64,000 nt of DNA from Candidatus Marinacidobacterales bacterium (GTDB taxonomy: Bacteria; Acidobacteriota; Vicinamibacteria; Marinacidobacterales; SMYC01): NCBI GenBank assembly GCA_965224085.1, contig CBDCYI010000009.1, forward strand, positions 288,001-352,000. The letters are read 5' to 3'. Under the pieces are notes generated by a model. That model was not told the DNA's origin. It worked only from the letters and a program-made list of their open reading frames with translations, and made no database searches. The position numbers were made by a program, and so were the translations under genes. This document shows positions 18,537-28,143 of this stretch, piece after piece (position 1 is the first letter of the stretch; each line of letters starts with the position of its first letter).

Positions 18537-19292
18537 ATGGGGTTATTCGAGCGGATCCGAGCGGTCTGGTACGCCATAATCAACAAATCCGTCACTGAGA
18601 TGGAGGACGCGCACGTGATCGCACTCGCGGAGCACAAGCTCCAGCAGGCCACCGAGCGACTGAAAGAGGCGCGCCAAGGCTTGATCAGCTATCAAGCACT
18701 CGTTTTGAAAGTCGAAGGGCAAGTCGGAAGCGAAAAGTCGCGCATCGCGAGCGTCACCGGGCAGATCAAGAACCACTTGAAGGCCAATCAGGAAGAGATG
18801 GCCGGCCAGCTCGCTCTCGAGCTCGCTCGGGTCAAAGGCGAGCTCGAAAGCAACACCGAGCAGCTCGCACAACATCGCGAGAGCTACGAGAACAACCTTC
18901 TGAAGATGAAAGCGGCGCTCAAGGACATCGAGACGGCCAAGCAGGACCTCGACAAGAAGAAAGCCGCGCTTCAGATGGAGAAGGCTTTGGCCGAAGTCTC
19001 CGAGACCGCCGGCGCGCTCAACACCCAGTTCGATGTTTCTTCCGACATCGGCTCGATCCTGAGCCGCGTCGACGACCAGATCAATAAAGCCAAAGCGCGC
19101 TCGAAGGTCGCCTCCGATCTGAGCGATCAAGGCATCGATCAGCTCAAAGCGAAGCAATCGGCAGACAAGGCCGAAGCTCAGGAGCTTCTCGCGCAGTTCA
19201 AGATCGAGCAGGGGCTCGCCGAGCCGTCTTCAGAAGCAAGTGAGAAAACTGTAGGACCGCAGAGAGAAGCCACGCCAGAGTCCGGTGAATAG
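18537..19292 (+). CDS. PspA/IM30 (Vipp1, ESCRT-III superfamily) protein
   Basis: Amphipathic N-terminal helix MGLFERIRAVWYAIINK, helical hairpin with EEMAGQLA, and C-terminal AQELLAQFK. About 250 aa, all coiled coil. GGGAG RBS. Confidence 0.75.
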   Translation: MGLFERIRAVWYAIINKSVTEMEDAHVIALAEHKLQQATERLKEARQGLISYQALVLKVEGQVGSEKSRIASVTGQIKNHLKANQEEMAGQLALELARVKGELESNTEQLAQHRESYENNLLKMKAALKDIETAKQDLDKKKAALQMEKALAEVSETAGALNTQFDVSSDIGSILSRVDDQINKAKARSKVASDLSDQGIDQLKAKQSADKAEAQELLAQFKIEQGLAEPSSEASEKTVGPQREATPESGE

Positions 19293-21006
19293 CCCTTTGG
19301 GAAGCGGCGCGCCCACTTGGGCGCGGGAGCTTGCCTCGAGCTATGTCAGTGGGGCTGCAAGCGTCTTCCTTCTCTATGGAAACGTCCACGACCTCGTTCC
19401 GGTCACGGACTCGGACGAGTTCATCTCGCTCGACGACTATCTCGCCACGCAGCTCTTCGGCCAACGGGACATCGTTCTCGCCTACGATCGCGGTAGCGGC
19501 ATCCGCTTTCTCGCTCCCGGGGATGCCGACCGTCGGGCGTCCATGCAAGAGGACTTTTACAAGACGCTCAAAGCCGTGGACTCGGTAAGCGGCACAAGCT
19601 TCGCGAGCTCGAGGCCTAAAGATCCCAAAGTCGTGTTCGAGCTCCTCGACCGCTACATCCTCCACAAGCTCGTCGAAACGCCTGCAGACGGCAATCGCAA
19701 GAGCCTCGCGATCGTGATCTGCTATGTCGAGACCATCACGCCGGCCGTCGATGGCTCGTGGCTCACGGGCGAGCTCGGCGCCAACCTCATCAAAGTGCTC
19801 AATTGGGCCAACGACCCTGGGATTCGAAGCGCTGATGTGACGCTTTGTCTCGTCACGGAGAACCTCGGCGACGTAAACCGCCGCCTCGTCGAGAACCCAT
19901 TCATCTCTAAAGTAGACGTCGAGCTCCCGGACGAGACGACGCGTGAGCGCTACGCGAGGCATTTGTTGAAAGACGCAGCAATGGCGAAGACGGTGGCCCG
20001 TGAAGGCAACGGGCTGACGCTCGTCGGTCTCGCACAGGCGGTCAGTGGCTCCGTCGAGCTCGCCAATTTGCAAGCGGCCAAAAAGGAGCTCATCGAGAAA
20101 CAGTGCTTCGGCCTCGTCGAGTTCGTTGCTCCGAGCTACGACCTCGACATGGTTGTCGCGCCCGAGGCAGTCAAAGACCGCCTCGAGCAAGACGTGTCGC
20201 TATTCAAGAAGGGACGGCTCGAAGCGCTCCCGATGGGCTATCTCCTCTGCGGGGTCATCGGCACCGGCAAGACATTTACGGCAACATGCTTTGCAGGAAG
20301 CCTCGGCATCCCAACGATCGTCTTCAAGAACCTCCGCAGCAAGTGGGTCGGAAGCTCCGAAGGCAATCTCCAAAAAGTGCTCTCGGTGATCAAAGCCCTC
20401 GGCCCCGTCGTCGTCGTCGTCGATGAAGCCGATGCCGCGCTGGGAAGCCGCGGGTCGAGCGGGGACAGCGGCACGTCGAGCCGCATGTTCGCGATGATCT
20501 CGTCACTCATGAGCGACACCGGTTACCGGGGGCGCATCCTGTGGATGCTCCTCACTTGCCGTCCTGACATGTTGCCCGTCGATTTGAAGCGGCAAGGTCG
20601 CTGCGAGGTCCACATCCCGCTCTTCCCGCCCGAGACTGAGAAGGCCCGCCACCAAATGTTTCTCGCGATGGCGCGCACAAACGGCGTCGCGATCGCTCCC
20701 AGCGACGTTCCCACCCTGCCGGAAGAGCTCTCGGGCGCGGACATCGAAAGTCTGCTCGTGCAATGCGTCCGCCGCGCCGCGATCGCGGGCGCTGCTTCGC
20801 TCTCCGCCGCGCATATCCGTGACACGCTTGCCCACTTTCGATCACCGGATTATGGTCTCGAGAAGGAGCTGCAGCAGCTCGTCGCCATCCGCGAGAGCAC
20901 CGACCCCAACTTCATCCCAAAGCGACTGCGAACGCGTTACGGAGCGCCGGACAAGGCGATAGCCCTCGAGCACCGCATTCAGGAGATCGCAGCACTTCTC
21001 CAATGA
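19285..21006 (+). CDS. Classical-clade AAA ATPase with a degenerate N-terminal AAA-like domain
   Basis: Walker A GVIGTGKT, pore loop SKWVGSSE, Walker B VVDEAD and SRH TCRPDMLPVDLKRQGR. Start overlaps the PspA-like stop. Confidence 0.85.
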   Translation: MNSPLGSGAPTWARELASSYVSGAASVFLLYGNVHDLVPVTDSDEFISLDDYLATQLFGQRDIVLAYDRGSGIRFLAPGDADRRASMQEDFYKTLKAVDSVSGTSFASSRPKDPKVVFELLDRYILHKLVETPADGNRKSLAIVICYVETITPAVDGSWLTGELGANLIKVLNWANDPGIRSADVTLCLVTENLGDVNRRLVENPFISKVDVELPDETTRERYARHLLKDAAMAKTVAREGNGLTLVGLAQAVSGSVELANLQAAKKELIEKQCFGLVEFVAPSYDLDMVVAPEAVKDRLEQDVSLFKKGRLEALPMGYLLCGVIGTGKTFTATCFAGSLGIPTIVFKNLRSKWVGSSEGNLQKVLSVIKALGPVVVVVDEADAALGSRGSSGDSGTSSRMFAMISSLMSDTGYRGRILWMLLTCRPDMLPVDLKRQGRCEVHIPLFPPETEKARHQMFLAMARTNGVAIAPSDVPTLPEELSGADIESLLVQCVRRAAIAGAASLSAAHIRDTLAHFRSPDYGLEKELQQLVAIRESTDPNFIPKRLRTRYGAPDKAIALEHRIQEIAALLQ

Positions 21007-21512
21007 AAGACGGCCTCGTTCGCAGACAAGTCAAGCGCATCGGCCTCGGCGTCTTCCACGCGCGTCTGTTTCTTCACCGCCTTCAGGCCGACACGCGTTA
21101 CGAGCTCGGCGGCGAGTGCATCCGCTGCGGCAAATGTTGCTTGGAGCCAGGAATTCAAGTCGGCCGCATCGCTTGGTACCTCCCCGGCTGCCGGCGGGTC
21201 TTTCTCTGGTGGCACCGAGTTGTCAACGGCTTCACGCTCAAGGAGGCCCGGCGGGAAGACCGCGTGTTCATTTTTGAGTGCAGCCATTTCGACTGGGCGT
21301 CGCGGAGCTGCGACAGCTACCACTCCCGGCCCGGAATGTGCCGCGACTACCCGCGCCTGTTCCTCGAACAGGCCAACCCCGAGTTTTTCGACGAGTGCGG
21401 TTTCAAAGCGCTCGCTCGAGGCCGGGACAGCCTCATCCAAATTCTCGAGAAAGAATCTCTTACGCCGCAGCAGCTGGCCAAGCTGAAAAAAGGCCTTTAT
21501 CTCGAAGATTGA
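21003..21512 (+). CDS. YkgJ-family CxxCxxCC cysteine-cluster protein
   Basis: CIRCGKCC and C.HF......C..Y..RP.MCRDYP. ATGA overlap with the AAA gene. Confidence 0.8.
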   Translation: MKDGLVRRQVKRIGLGVFHARLFLHRLQADTRYELGGECIRCGKCCLEPGIQVGRIAWYLPGCRRVFLWWHRVVNGFTLKEARREDRVFIFECSHFDWASRSCDSYHSRPGMCRDYPRLFLEQANPEFFDECGFKALARGRDSLIQILEKESLTPQQLAKLKKGLYLED

Positions 21513-21622
21513 GATGAAAGGCTTGCTGCCGCGATTCGACTCGGTTACATTAGAGGTTGAGCCCTCTCCACACACAAGAAAGCCAAAGCTCTGCCGGCCT
21601 TGCTTAGGGGTGTCGGAACCGC

Positions 21623-22255
21623 ATGCGTAGACTGAAGATCCGGAGTTATCTCGCCACCGGTCTACTAGTCTGGATTCCGCTCGCCGTGACCCTCTTCGTC
21701 CTCCGGGTGCTGATAAATTTGATGGATCAGTCCCTCCTGCTGATCCCGCCGTCGTTGCGTCCTGAGAATCTATTGGGGTTCAGCATCCCGGGCCTGGGCG
21801 TCATTCTCACGTTCACGCTCGTCACCGTGACCGGTTTTTTGGCCGCGAACTTTCTCGGCAAACGGCTATTGGCGACCTCGGAAGGGCTTCTCGCACGTAT
21901 CCCGCTTGTGAGCTGGGTCTATTCCGGCGTAAAGAAGGTGGCGGAAACGCTCTTGTCGCCGACGAGCGAGTCGTTTCGCAAAGTGCTCCTGATGGAGTAC
22001 CCTCGCAAAGGCATCTGGAGCGTCTGCTTTCAAACGTCGAGCGAGCTTGGCGAGATACAGATTCGTACGGGGAAGGAAGTGCTCTGCGTGTTCGTCCCCA
22101 CGACCCCGAACCCCACCTCTGGTTTCGTCATTTTCGTTCCCCGCGATGAGGTCATCGAGCTCGATATGACGGTCGACCAAGCATTGAGGATGATCATCTC
22201 GCTCGGCGTCGTGGTTCCCGAGTGGCGCCGCCGCGAGCTCATGCCGGTAGGTTGA
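21623..22255 (+). CDS. DUF502 membrane protein
   Basis: Two TM helices, RIPLV..VY, EYPRKG, FVPTTPNPTSGF and IISLG. Confidence 0.9.
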   Translation: MRRLKIRSYLATGLLVWIPLAVTLFVLRVLINLMDQSLLLIPPSLRPENLLGFSIPGLGVILTFTLVTVTGFLAANFLGKRLLATSEGLLARIPLVSWVYSGVKKVAETLLSPTSESFRKVLLMEYPRKGIWSVCFQTSSELGEIQIRTGKEVLCVFVPTTPNPTSGFVIFVPRDEVIELDMTVDQALRMIISLGVVVPEWRRRELMPVG

Positions 22256-22452
22256 GCGCGATTCAGGGTTCCGCAATTCGGCGCGACGGCGACTAAACGC
22301 CCGGACGCCATAGGTACGCGATCCCAGCGACGGGAATTACCGCTCCCGCACTATCGCGGGACGCGAAGAGACGATCCGTCCTCTAGCCTGGCCGGAACTA
22401 GAAATACACACCGGCGATTTGCTTCCGTAGTGCGACCACGTCGCCCCACCGC

Positions 22453-23964
22453 CTATGGGGACCCGCCGACCAAGCTCAGGAAATCCGTCATCGGAACGAT
22501 GCGTCCGTGGACGGGCACGATCGTCTCAACGTCTAGGTTCAGCCGCTCTATGTTCTCGTAGAAGGTCACGTTGCTGGCATTGGGGCTCGCTGCCGGTGCG
22601 CCACGCGGCGAGTAGACGTCCGCCTCCATCACGATCTTTTCCTTCGGCAGATAGGCGATCAACATCCCCGCGACGTGAGCGAGACCTTGAACATGATGGA
22701 TTTCCATCGTGCGCACCCCGTCGCTCAAGACGTATTTCTCCCGTAACGTTTCGAACGTGTAGCCTTCCGCGGCCTCTTCCGGCGGATAGAGGGAGAGACG
22801 GTCCGGCTCCAAAATCCATGGACGCGCCGTCAAGATCTCTTCGTAATAAGCGCGATTGCCCTCGTGGCCAATGATGGTCGCGCCCTCGTGGACATAGGCG
22901 CGCATGCCGCCCAAGTGGTCCCAGTGGTGATGCGAGTTCACCAAGAAGCCGATCGGCTTTCCCGGAATGAGCTTTTGCACTTCCTCGATGACCGCGAGCG
23001 AGCGGCTTCCGTTTAAAGGGGCCTCGAAGACCACCGAGTAGTCCTGGAACTCGACGACGACGCTGTTGTGCGACGAGCCTCCCAGATACCACACCCCGTC
23101 CGCCAGCTCTCTCGAATCCACCCGGCGCGGTGGAACGGTTGCCCCCCGCACGGCGGCGGGGACGCTCGGAGCGGCGCCACTCACGTTCGCCTGAACGTCG
23201 CTCACGACGAGCCCAAAGGAATGGTCGCCGCCGCTGACGTTCGGTTTGCGCTCATTGTCGTCGTAATCGTGATGCTGGTGGAAACGGGTGGGAAACTTCA
23301 CCCCGTCGAAGTCGCGGTAGTCGGCATACATGGTCTCATAGTACATATCGCCGACGATGGGGTTGGGGATCCAGGTCTGAATTCGGACGACCTGGTTCTC
23401 GCTGTTGAATGTAGCGTTAACCCGGTACTTGCCGAGCGCTTCGAAGGAGACGATGGTCACGCGCTCTCCGTATTCTTCCCGCGAAATAGCGGTCGGGATC
23501 CCCACCATCGCTGCTTTGATGAAGCCGTGCGGGGTGAGCCAGATCTCGAGCTGTCGGACCTCCGCGGCAGCGGGCCTCGGAACCACATTGTCTCCTTGCA
23601 GGTTCCAAGCGAATGCGCCGCTCACGACGAACACCTCCCGCCGTTCCCCGACGATCGGCGTCCTGCCGCCGCCTCGTGAGCTGTAATTCCCCTGAACCCG
23701 GACCGTCTCTTCCTTCGAGCTCTTTGCCTCGAAGTCGATGGTCCGGGTGTAGCTCTTTACTTCGGTCCGCGGCCAATCCAGTTCCGGGCTGTAGTTTTGG
23801 CCCACCGCCCCTTTCCAACCGGTCCCGGAATAGCGAATCGATCTCAGGTTGGCGACACCTAACTCCTCTGCCGCGGCCCGCAAGACGTTGTGGGCATCTT
23901 GGGCGGCGACCGTCGCGGCCATAAAAACCAGCACGGCACCCAAAGCCAAACGCGTGTCTCTCAT
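22453..23964 (-). CDS. Secreted MBL-fold metallo-hydrolase
   Basis: GGAGG RBS, signal peptide, NSHHHWDHLGG (HxHxDH) and IVPVHG. Confidence 0.8.
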   Translation of the reverse strand: MRDTRLALGAVLVFMAATVAAQDAHNVLRAAAEELGVANLRSIRYSGTGWKGAVGQNYSPELDWPRTEVKSYTRTIDFEAKSSKEETVRVQGNYSSRGGGRTPIVGERREVFVVSGAFAWNLQGDNVVPRPAAAEVRQLEIWLTPHGFIKAAMVGIPTAISREEYGERVTIVSFEALGKYRVNATFNSENQVVRIQTWIPNPIVGDMYYETMYADYRDFDGVKFPTRFHQHHDYDDNERKPNVSGGDHSFGLVVSDVQANVSGAAPSVPAAVRGATVPPRRVDSRELADGVWYLGGSSHNSVVVEFQDYSVVFEAPLNGSRSLAVIEEVQKLIPGKPIGFLVNSHHHWDHLGGMRAYVHEGATIIGHEGNRAYYEEILTARPWILEPDRLSLYPPEEAAEGYTFETLREKYVLSDGVRTMEIHHVQGLAHVAGMLIAYLPKEKIVMEADVYSPRGAPAASPNASNVTFYENIERLNLDVETIVPVHGRIVPMTDFLSLVGGSP

Positions 23965-24048
23965 AGCGCCTCCATAATTGACCCAGATCAACATCCCCAC
24001 GCCCTCGACGCCAACGGGCGGGCGTTCCGAGCGACTAACGGGCGACGC

Positions 24049-24140
24049 CTAAAGTTTGTCCATCGCCGCCGCCATGTTGTCCATCGCGAGCTCGATGAGC
24101 TTGCGGGACGTTCCGAGGTTCATGCGCATGTGTAACATTT
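24049..24140 (-). pseudogene. Probable C-terminal remnant of a PatB/MalY-like PLP aminotransferase
   Basis: HMRMNLGTSRKLIELAMDNMAAAMDKL* resembles the RxN-containing C-terminus of this family. The rest of the gene is absent. Confidence 0.35.
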
Positions 24141-24318
24141 TTGTAATCCCTCCTGATCGCAGCCATGGCGACGCCCCAGCCCTGCCAGCGAACTCCTGGC
24201 CGCTCATTATAGCTATCGACTGGATGTTGCGCACTGCTAGACTTAGACTAAACATCGTCTTCGCAGGCCCGTAACCAAGGAAACCGTTGAGCCATCAAAC
24301 GGACGGGGGAAACGCCTT

Positions 24319-25323
24319 ATGAAAGTGACGCATGCGAAACAAGCTGCGGAAGCGATTGGCTTTGCGATGTCTCTGCTGCTTTGCACTTCGATGTCTCTAC
24401 GTGCACAACCCGAGGCATACAGAGCGGAGAACACCAAGCGACTGCTCGATCGTGTTCGTGCGGCGCCCAGATTGACTCTCGACATGGCGCAAATCGTCGT
24501 ACAACCGCCTCGCCAAGGCTGGGCGCTGGGGCGAGTTTCGTCCGTAGCGGCAGGTTCAAACGGTCTGATCTATGTGCTTCACCGGCTCCCGGACGCCGAT
24601 GCCGTCGTCGTCCTCGACCGTACGGGCAATGTGCGGAGAAGTTGGGGGAAGGGGCTCTATTCCATCCCGCACAGTATACGCGTCGATCGGTCCGGAAATG
24701 TTTGGACCGTCGATTCCGGAAACTCACATATCTATAAATTCACCCCGGACGGCGAACAACTTCTTCACATCGACGTAGGTCAGATGCCTGATAGCGACCG
24801 GCCGTTCCGTGGAGCGGCCGACATAGCCTTTGCGTCCGACGGCCACCTCTTTGTTGCCGATGGTTACGGTAACTCACGCGTGCTCGAATACGATGCAGCG
24901 GGCCGACCTATTCGGGAATGGGGCAAGCTCGACATGGGTGAGCCGAACGCCGGCCCCGGCGAGTTCCGGCTCGTCCACGGAATAGCCTTGGATAGCGAAG
25001 ACATCGTCTATGTGGCCGATCGTGAGAACGGCCGCATTCAGCTTTTTTCGCGCGACGGTACGTATCTCGGAATGTGGGATGGGCTCGGCCGCGTCTATTC
25101 GCTTTTTTTCGATGGCGACGTGATGTGGGCAGGGGTTCAACGGCTGGATCAACCAACCGGTTCACAAGGATGGCTGCTCAGGCTAAACATTGATGACGGT
25201 ACGATAGCCGACTTGATAGCCGCTCCCGAAACCCATTCCGTTTCTGTGACCCGTCAAGGAGAGCCGCTGATCGGTGTGCGGCCGAACCGGGTTTTCTGGT
25301 ACCAACATCCTCCGAACCACTGA
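24319..25323 (+). CDS. NHL-repeat beta-propeller, peptidyl-alpha-hydroxyglycine alpha-amidating lyase (PAL)-like, secreted
   Basis: Signal peptide, PHSI, FVADGYGNSRV, FRLVHGI, VADRENGRIQ and THSV. Confidence 0.8.
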   Translation: MKVTHAKQAAEAIGFAMSLLLCTSMSLRAQPEAYRAENTKRLLDRVRAAPRLTLDMAQIVVQPPRQGWALGRVSSVAAGSNGLIYVLHRLPDADAVVVLDRTGNVRRSWGKGLYSIPHSIRVDRSGNVWTVDSGNSHIYKFTPDGEQLLHIDVGQMPDSDRPFRGAADIAFASDGHLFVADGYGNSRVLEYDAAGRPIREWGKLDMGEPNAGPGEFRLVHGIALDSEDIVYVADRENGRIQLFSRDGTYLGMWDGLGRVYSLFFDGDVMWAGVQRLDQPTGSQGWLLRLNIDDGTIADLIAAPETHSVSVTRQGEPLIGVRPNRVFWYQHPPNH

Positions 25324-25459
25324 GTTTCGATCACAAGCAGCCGGGTTTCCACTGTCGAGGTTCGCCGCCTTCGACTTTGGGTCGCCACATCGTTTCCATC
25401 ACCAAGTTCATATCAACGCGTTCGTAGCCCCACTTCGGTTTGCCCTCCAACCTTCGAGC

Positions 25460-25940
25460 CTACAGCGTGTCCCAGGACCAGATGGCGTAGCGGTCGGCTT
25501 GGTTCAGGTTGTGGCCGGCTTCCTTGAGCGTCAACAGAATGCTTCCTCGATGGTGGCTTTCATGCGCAATGAAGTAGCTCAAGGTAGTGAAGATGCCTTT
25601 CTTGAAACCTTTGCGCTTGGGCGCGCCCGCGAGCACGTCTTCCAGAAAGGTCTCGACAGCGCGGCTGGATGCCGTGAACGCCTTTTTCAGCTGGGCTTTG
25701 CTCGGGGTTACCGTGGGCGTTGCTTTGGACTGAAATTTCTTTGAGGCCGGTCGCCAAGTCCTTGGCGCGTTTTTCCATGTGGTAGATGCGGACGTCGTGC
25801 AGGTGCGCGAATTGCCGCGCGACATCACGCCCTCCCCGTGATGACAGCGAGCTCTTCATACCCGCTGCGCTGATTTTGTCGATCAAGAACAAGTTGATGC
25901 GGTTGTTCGTCCGCCACGCTTCCACGAGCTCGTCGCGCAT
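25460..25940 (-). pseudogene. DinB-family protein with a single frameshift
   Basis: The N-terminal frame (AWRTNNRIN...FAHLHDVR) and the C-terminal frame (...IAHESHHRGSI) join at CTC AAA GAA ATT near 25740, which has one extra A. Confidence 0.75.
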
Positions 25941-25972
25941 TCACACCTCCTTCTGACCCGGTATTATGCCCC

Positions 25973-26240
25973 ATGCTCCGCACGTCGTACGAGGACTCGA
26001 ACGTTCTCGCAGGCGTCCTCGACCTTCTCGCGCTCGTATTCCCTTCCTTCCGCGAGCAAGAAAAAGCGGCGCGTAGACTCGGGCTGCGCTGGGAAGAGTG
26101 CAGCACGCCGTTCGCGTTCGAGAGAAAGGCCGTATCGTCGCGCACGTGGGTCTTCTGGAACTTCCGGCGGTTATGAACGGCGAGCTCCGTTCGTCGGCAG
26201 CGTTCACGGAGTAGCGACCCACCCCGAGGCTAGACTCATC
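25973..26240 (+). pseudogene. Degraded GNAT (Eis-like) acetyltransferase fragment
   Basis: Reading across frameshifts gives ...STPFAFE / GRIVAHVGLLELPAVMNGE / VGSVHGVATHPEAR, and similarity ends at GNAT motif A. Confidence 0.55.
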
Positions 26241-26310
26241 AAGCTTCCCGCAACTTCGAGGTGTTGAAACGACGGCGCCTTCGCACTACGATCGCTTAGG
26301 GAGGCTATGC

Positions 26311-27534
26311 ATGCAACGCGTTCCGAGGCTCGCCCTTTCTTTTGCCATCGTGCCCTGCATCACCGCGGGCGCCGAGAGGGACGCGGTCACGTATACGAGC
26401 GATGTGGCGCCGATTTTTGTCAAGTCCTGCATGACGTGTCACCGTCCGGGCGAGATCGCCCCCATGTCGCTTCTCTCCTACGAAGAGACTCGGCCTTGGG
26501 CGCGCTCGATCAAACGCGAAGTGCAGAGCCGCGCGATGCCGCCGTGGCACGCGGATCCGGCCTATGGCGATTTCTCGAATGATCGTCGCCTCACCGATGA
26601 GGAAGTCCAAACGATCGTCGATTGGGTGGACGCGGGCGCGCCGCTCGGAAACGCAGAAGACATGCCCGAGCTTCCCGATTTCGTGGAAGGATGGCAACTC
26701 TCCAATCTGCTCGGGCCTCCTGACGCCATCTTCCCGATGGAGGAAGCGTTCATCGTCCCGGCATCCGGTCCCGACTTGAACCCGAATATCGAAGTCCCTA
26801 TGCCGCTCGATGGCGACAAATGGCTGATCGCCGCCGAAGTCCGCGGGAACCCTCGCGTCGTGCACCACAACGTCGTCTCTGTCTATGGACCCGATGGCGA
26901 GCGCGACAAGACGGGACGGCTTGCGAGCGTCGTGCCCGGCAAGCAATACGACCTCTTCGCGAACGGTTCGGGGAAATATGTCCGCCAGGGCTCCCATCTC
27001 CGCTTCGGTCTTCACTACCACCCTTACGGGAAAGAAGAAAGCGACCGCTCATCGGTCGGTGTGTGGTTCGCGACCGAGCCTCTCCAATATCAACTTTATA
27101 CGGCCGTCGTTGCCGATCACGATCTTGCCATCCCGCCGGGAGACCCGCATTATTTAAGCATCGGTGAATGGGAGTTCCCTTTCGACTCCGAGCTCACGCT
27201 CATGAAGCCCCATATGCACTATCGAGGCAAAGACATGGAGTTCAAAGTCGTCTATCCCGACGGTCGCAGCGAGATCCTCCTGCAGGTCCCGGAATACGAC
27301 ATGAATTGGCAGATGAACTACGAGCTCGAAGAGCCCATCTTCATGTCAAAGGGCACGAAGATGATCGTCACCTCCCACTTCGACAACTCCACAGAGAACC
27401 GATGGAACCCGGACCCGACGATGTGGATCTACTGGGGTGACGATTCCCGCGACGAAATGATGGAAGGCTGGTTCGACTATCGCAAGAAGTTGGAACGAGC
27501 GCTCGATCCGACCGAAGCACCGCCGAAACCCTAG
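26311..27534 (+). CDS. Secreted cytochrome c + copper type II ascorbate-dependent monooxygenase (PHM/DBH-like) protein
   Basis: CMTCH heme motif and MPPW, followed by Cu-ligand-like motifs VVHH, HYH, PHMH.RGK and DEMM. Confidence 0.75.
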   Translation: MQRVPRLALSFAIVPCITAGAERDAVTYTSDVAPIFVKSCMTCHRPGEIAPMSLLSYEETRPWARSIKREVQSRAMPPWHADPAYGDFSNDRRLTDEEVQTIVDWVDAGAPLGNAEDMPELPDFVEGWQLSNLLGPPDAIFPMEEAFIVPASGPDLNPNIEVPMPLDGDKWLIAAEVRGNPRVVHHNVVSVYGPDGERDKTGRLASVVPGKQYDLFANGSGKYVRQGSHLRFGLHYHPYGKEESDRSSVGVWFATEPLQYQLYTAVVADHDLAIPPGDPHYLSIGEWEFPFDSELTLMKPHMHYRGKDMEFKVVYPDGRSEILLQVPEYDMNWQMNYELEEPIFMSKGTKMIVTSHFDNSTENRWNPDPTMWIYWGDDSRDEMMEGWFDYRKKLERALDPTEAPPKP

Positions 27535-27547
27535 GAATCTATCTCGA

Positions 27548-28132
27548 ATGGCCGTTTTATTTACATTCATTACGTCAGCGTCCCTGCTGCTCGCAACCGC
27601 CGTCGAGCAGAACCCTGTGGGCAACTGGAAAATGACGATCGAGGTCGGCCACATCGGGGAAGCCTTGCGCACCGTGATTCTAGAGGTCACCGAAAATGGT
27701 GAGCAGTACAAAGCCGAGCTCACAAGCATGCAGAACCGCATGACCGAGGCCGACGAAGTGACGTTCGAAGACGACCTTTTGACGGTCTATTACGGGTCGT
27801 ACGAGTACAAGCTCGCGATCGAGGGTGACACCGCCACGGGCACGGTGGTCTCCCCGGCCGGCACGCAAGACGTGACGGCCCGTCGTCAGCAAACCCAACT
27901 TTTTGCCGGCGACGCACCGGAGCCTTACCAGAAGATTTGGCGCGGCTCGCTCGAAAAAGACGAGGACGGCTACAAGATCGTAACACGGCGTCACACGTTC
28001 GGTTTCGTGAACGCCGACGCTTTCGAAAAGCAGCTCGAGAGCTTCGTCGGAAAGGGCGTCGCGATCACGGGATTCTGGCGCGTCGACAAAATCGAGATCC
28101 ACACGATCGAGCCCTGGGAGAGACGTCGCTAG
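27548..28132 (+). CDS. Secreted hypothetical protein
   Basis: Signal peptide and a beta-rich body (VGNWKMTI), co-oriented with its neighbours. Confidence 0.65.
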   Translation: MAVLFTFITSASLLLATAVEQNPVGNWKMTIEVGHIGEALRTVILEVTENGEQYKAELTSMQNRMTEADEVTFEDDLLTVYYGSYEYKLAIEGDTATGTVVSPAGTQDVTARRQQTQLFAGDAPEPYQKIWRGSLEKDEDGYKIVTRRHTFGFVNADAFEKQLESFVGKGVAITGFWRVDKIEIHTIEPWERRR

Positions 28133-28143
28133 AAACCTCCTCG

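Noticed and set aside
25730-25750. Programmed frameshift in the DinB gene
   Set aside because: Restoring the frame needs a +1 shift at a short A run with no canonical slippery heptamer. Mutation or sequencing error is simpler.
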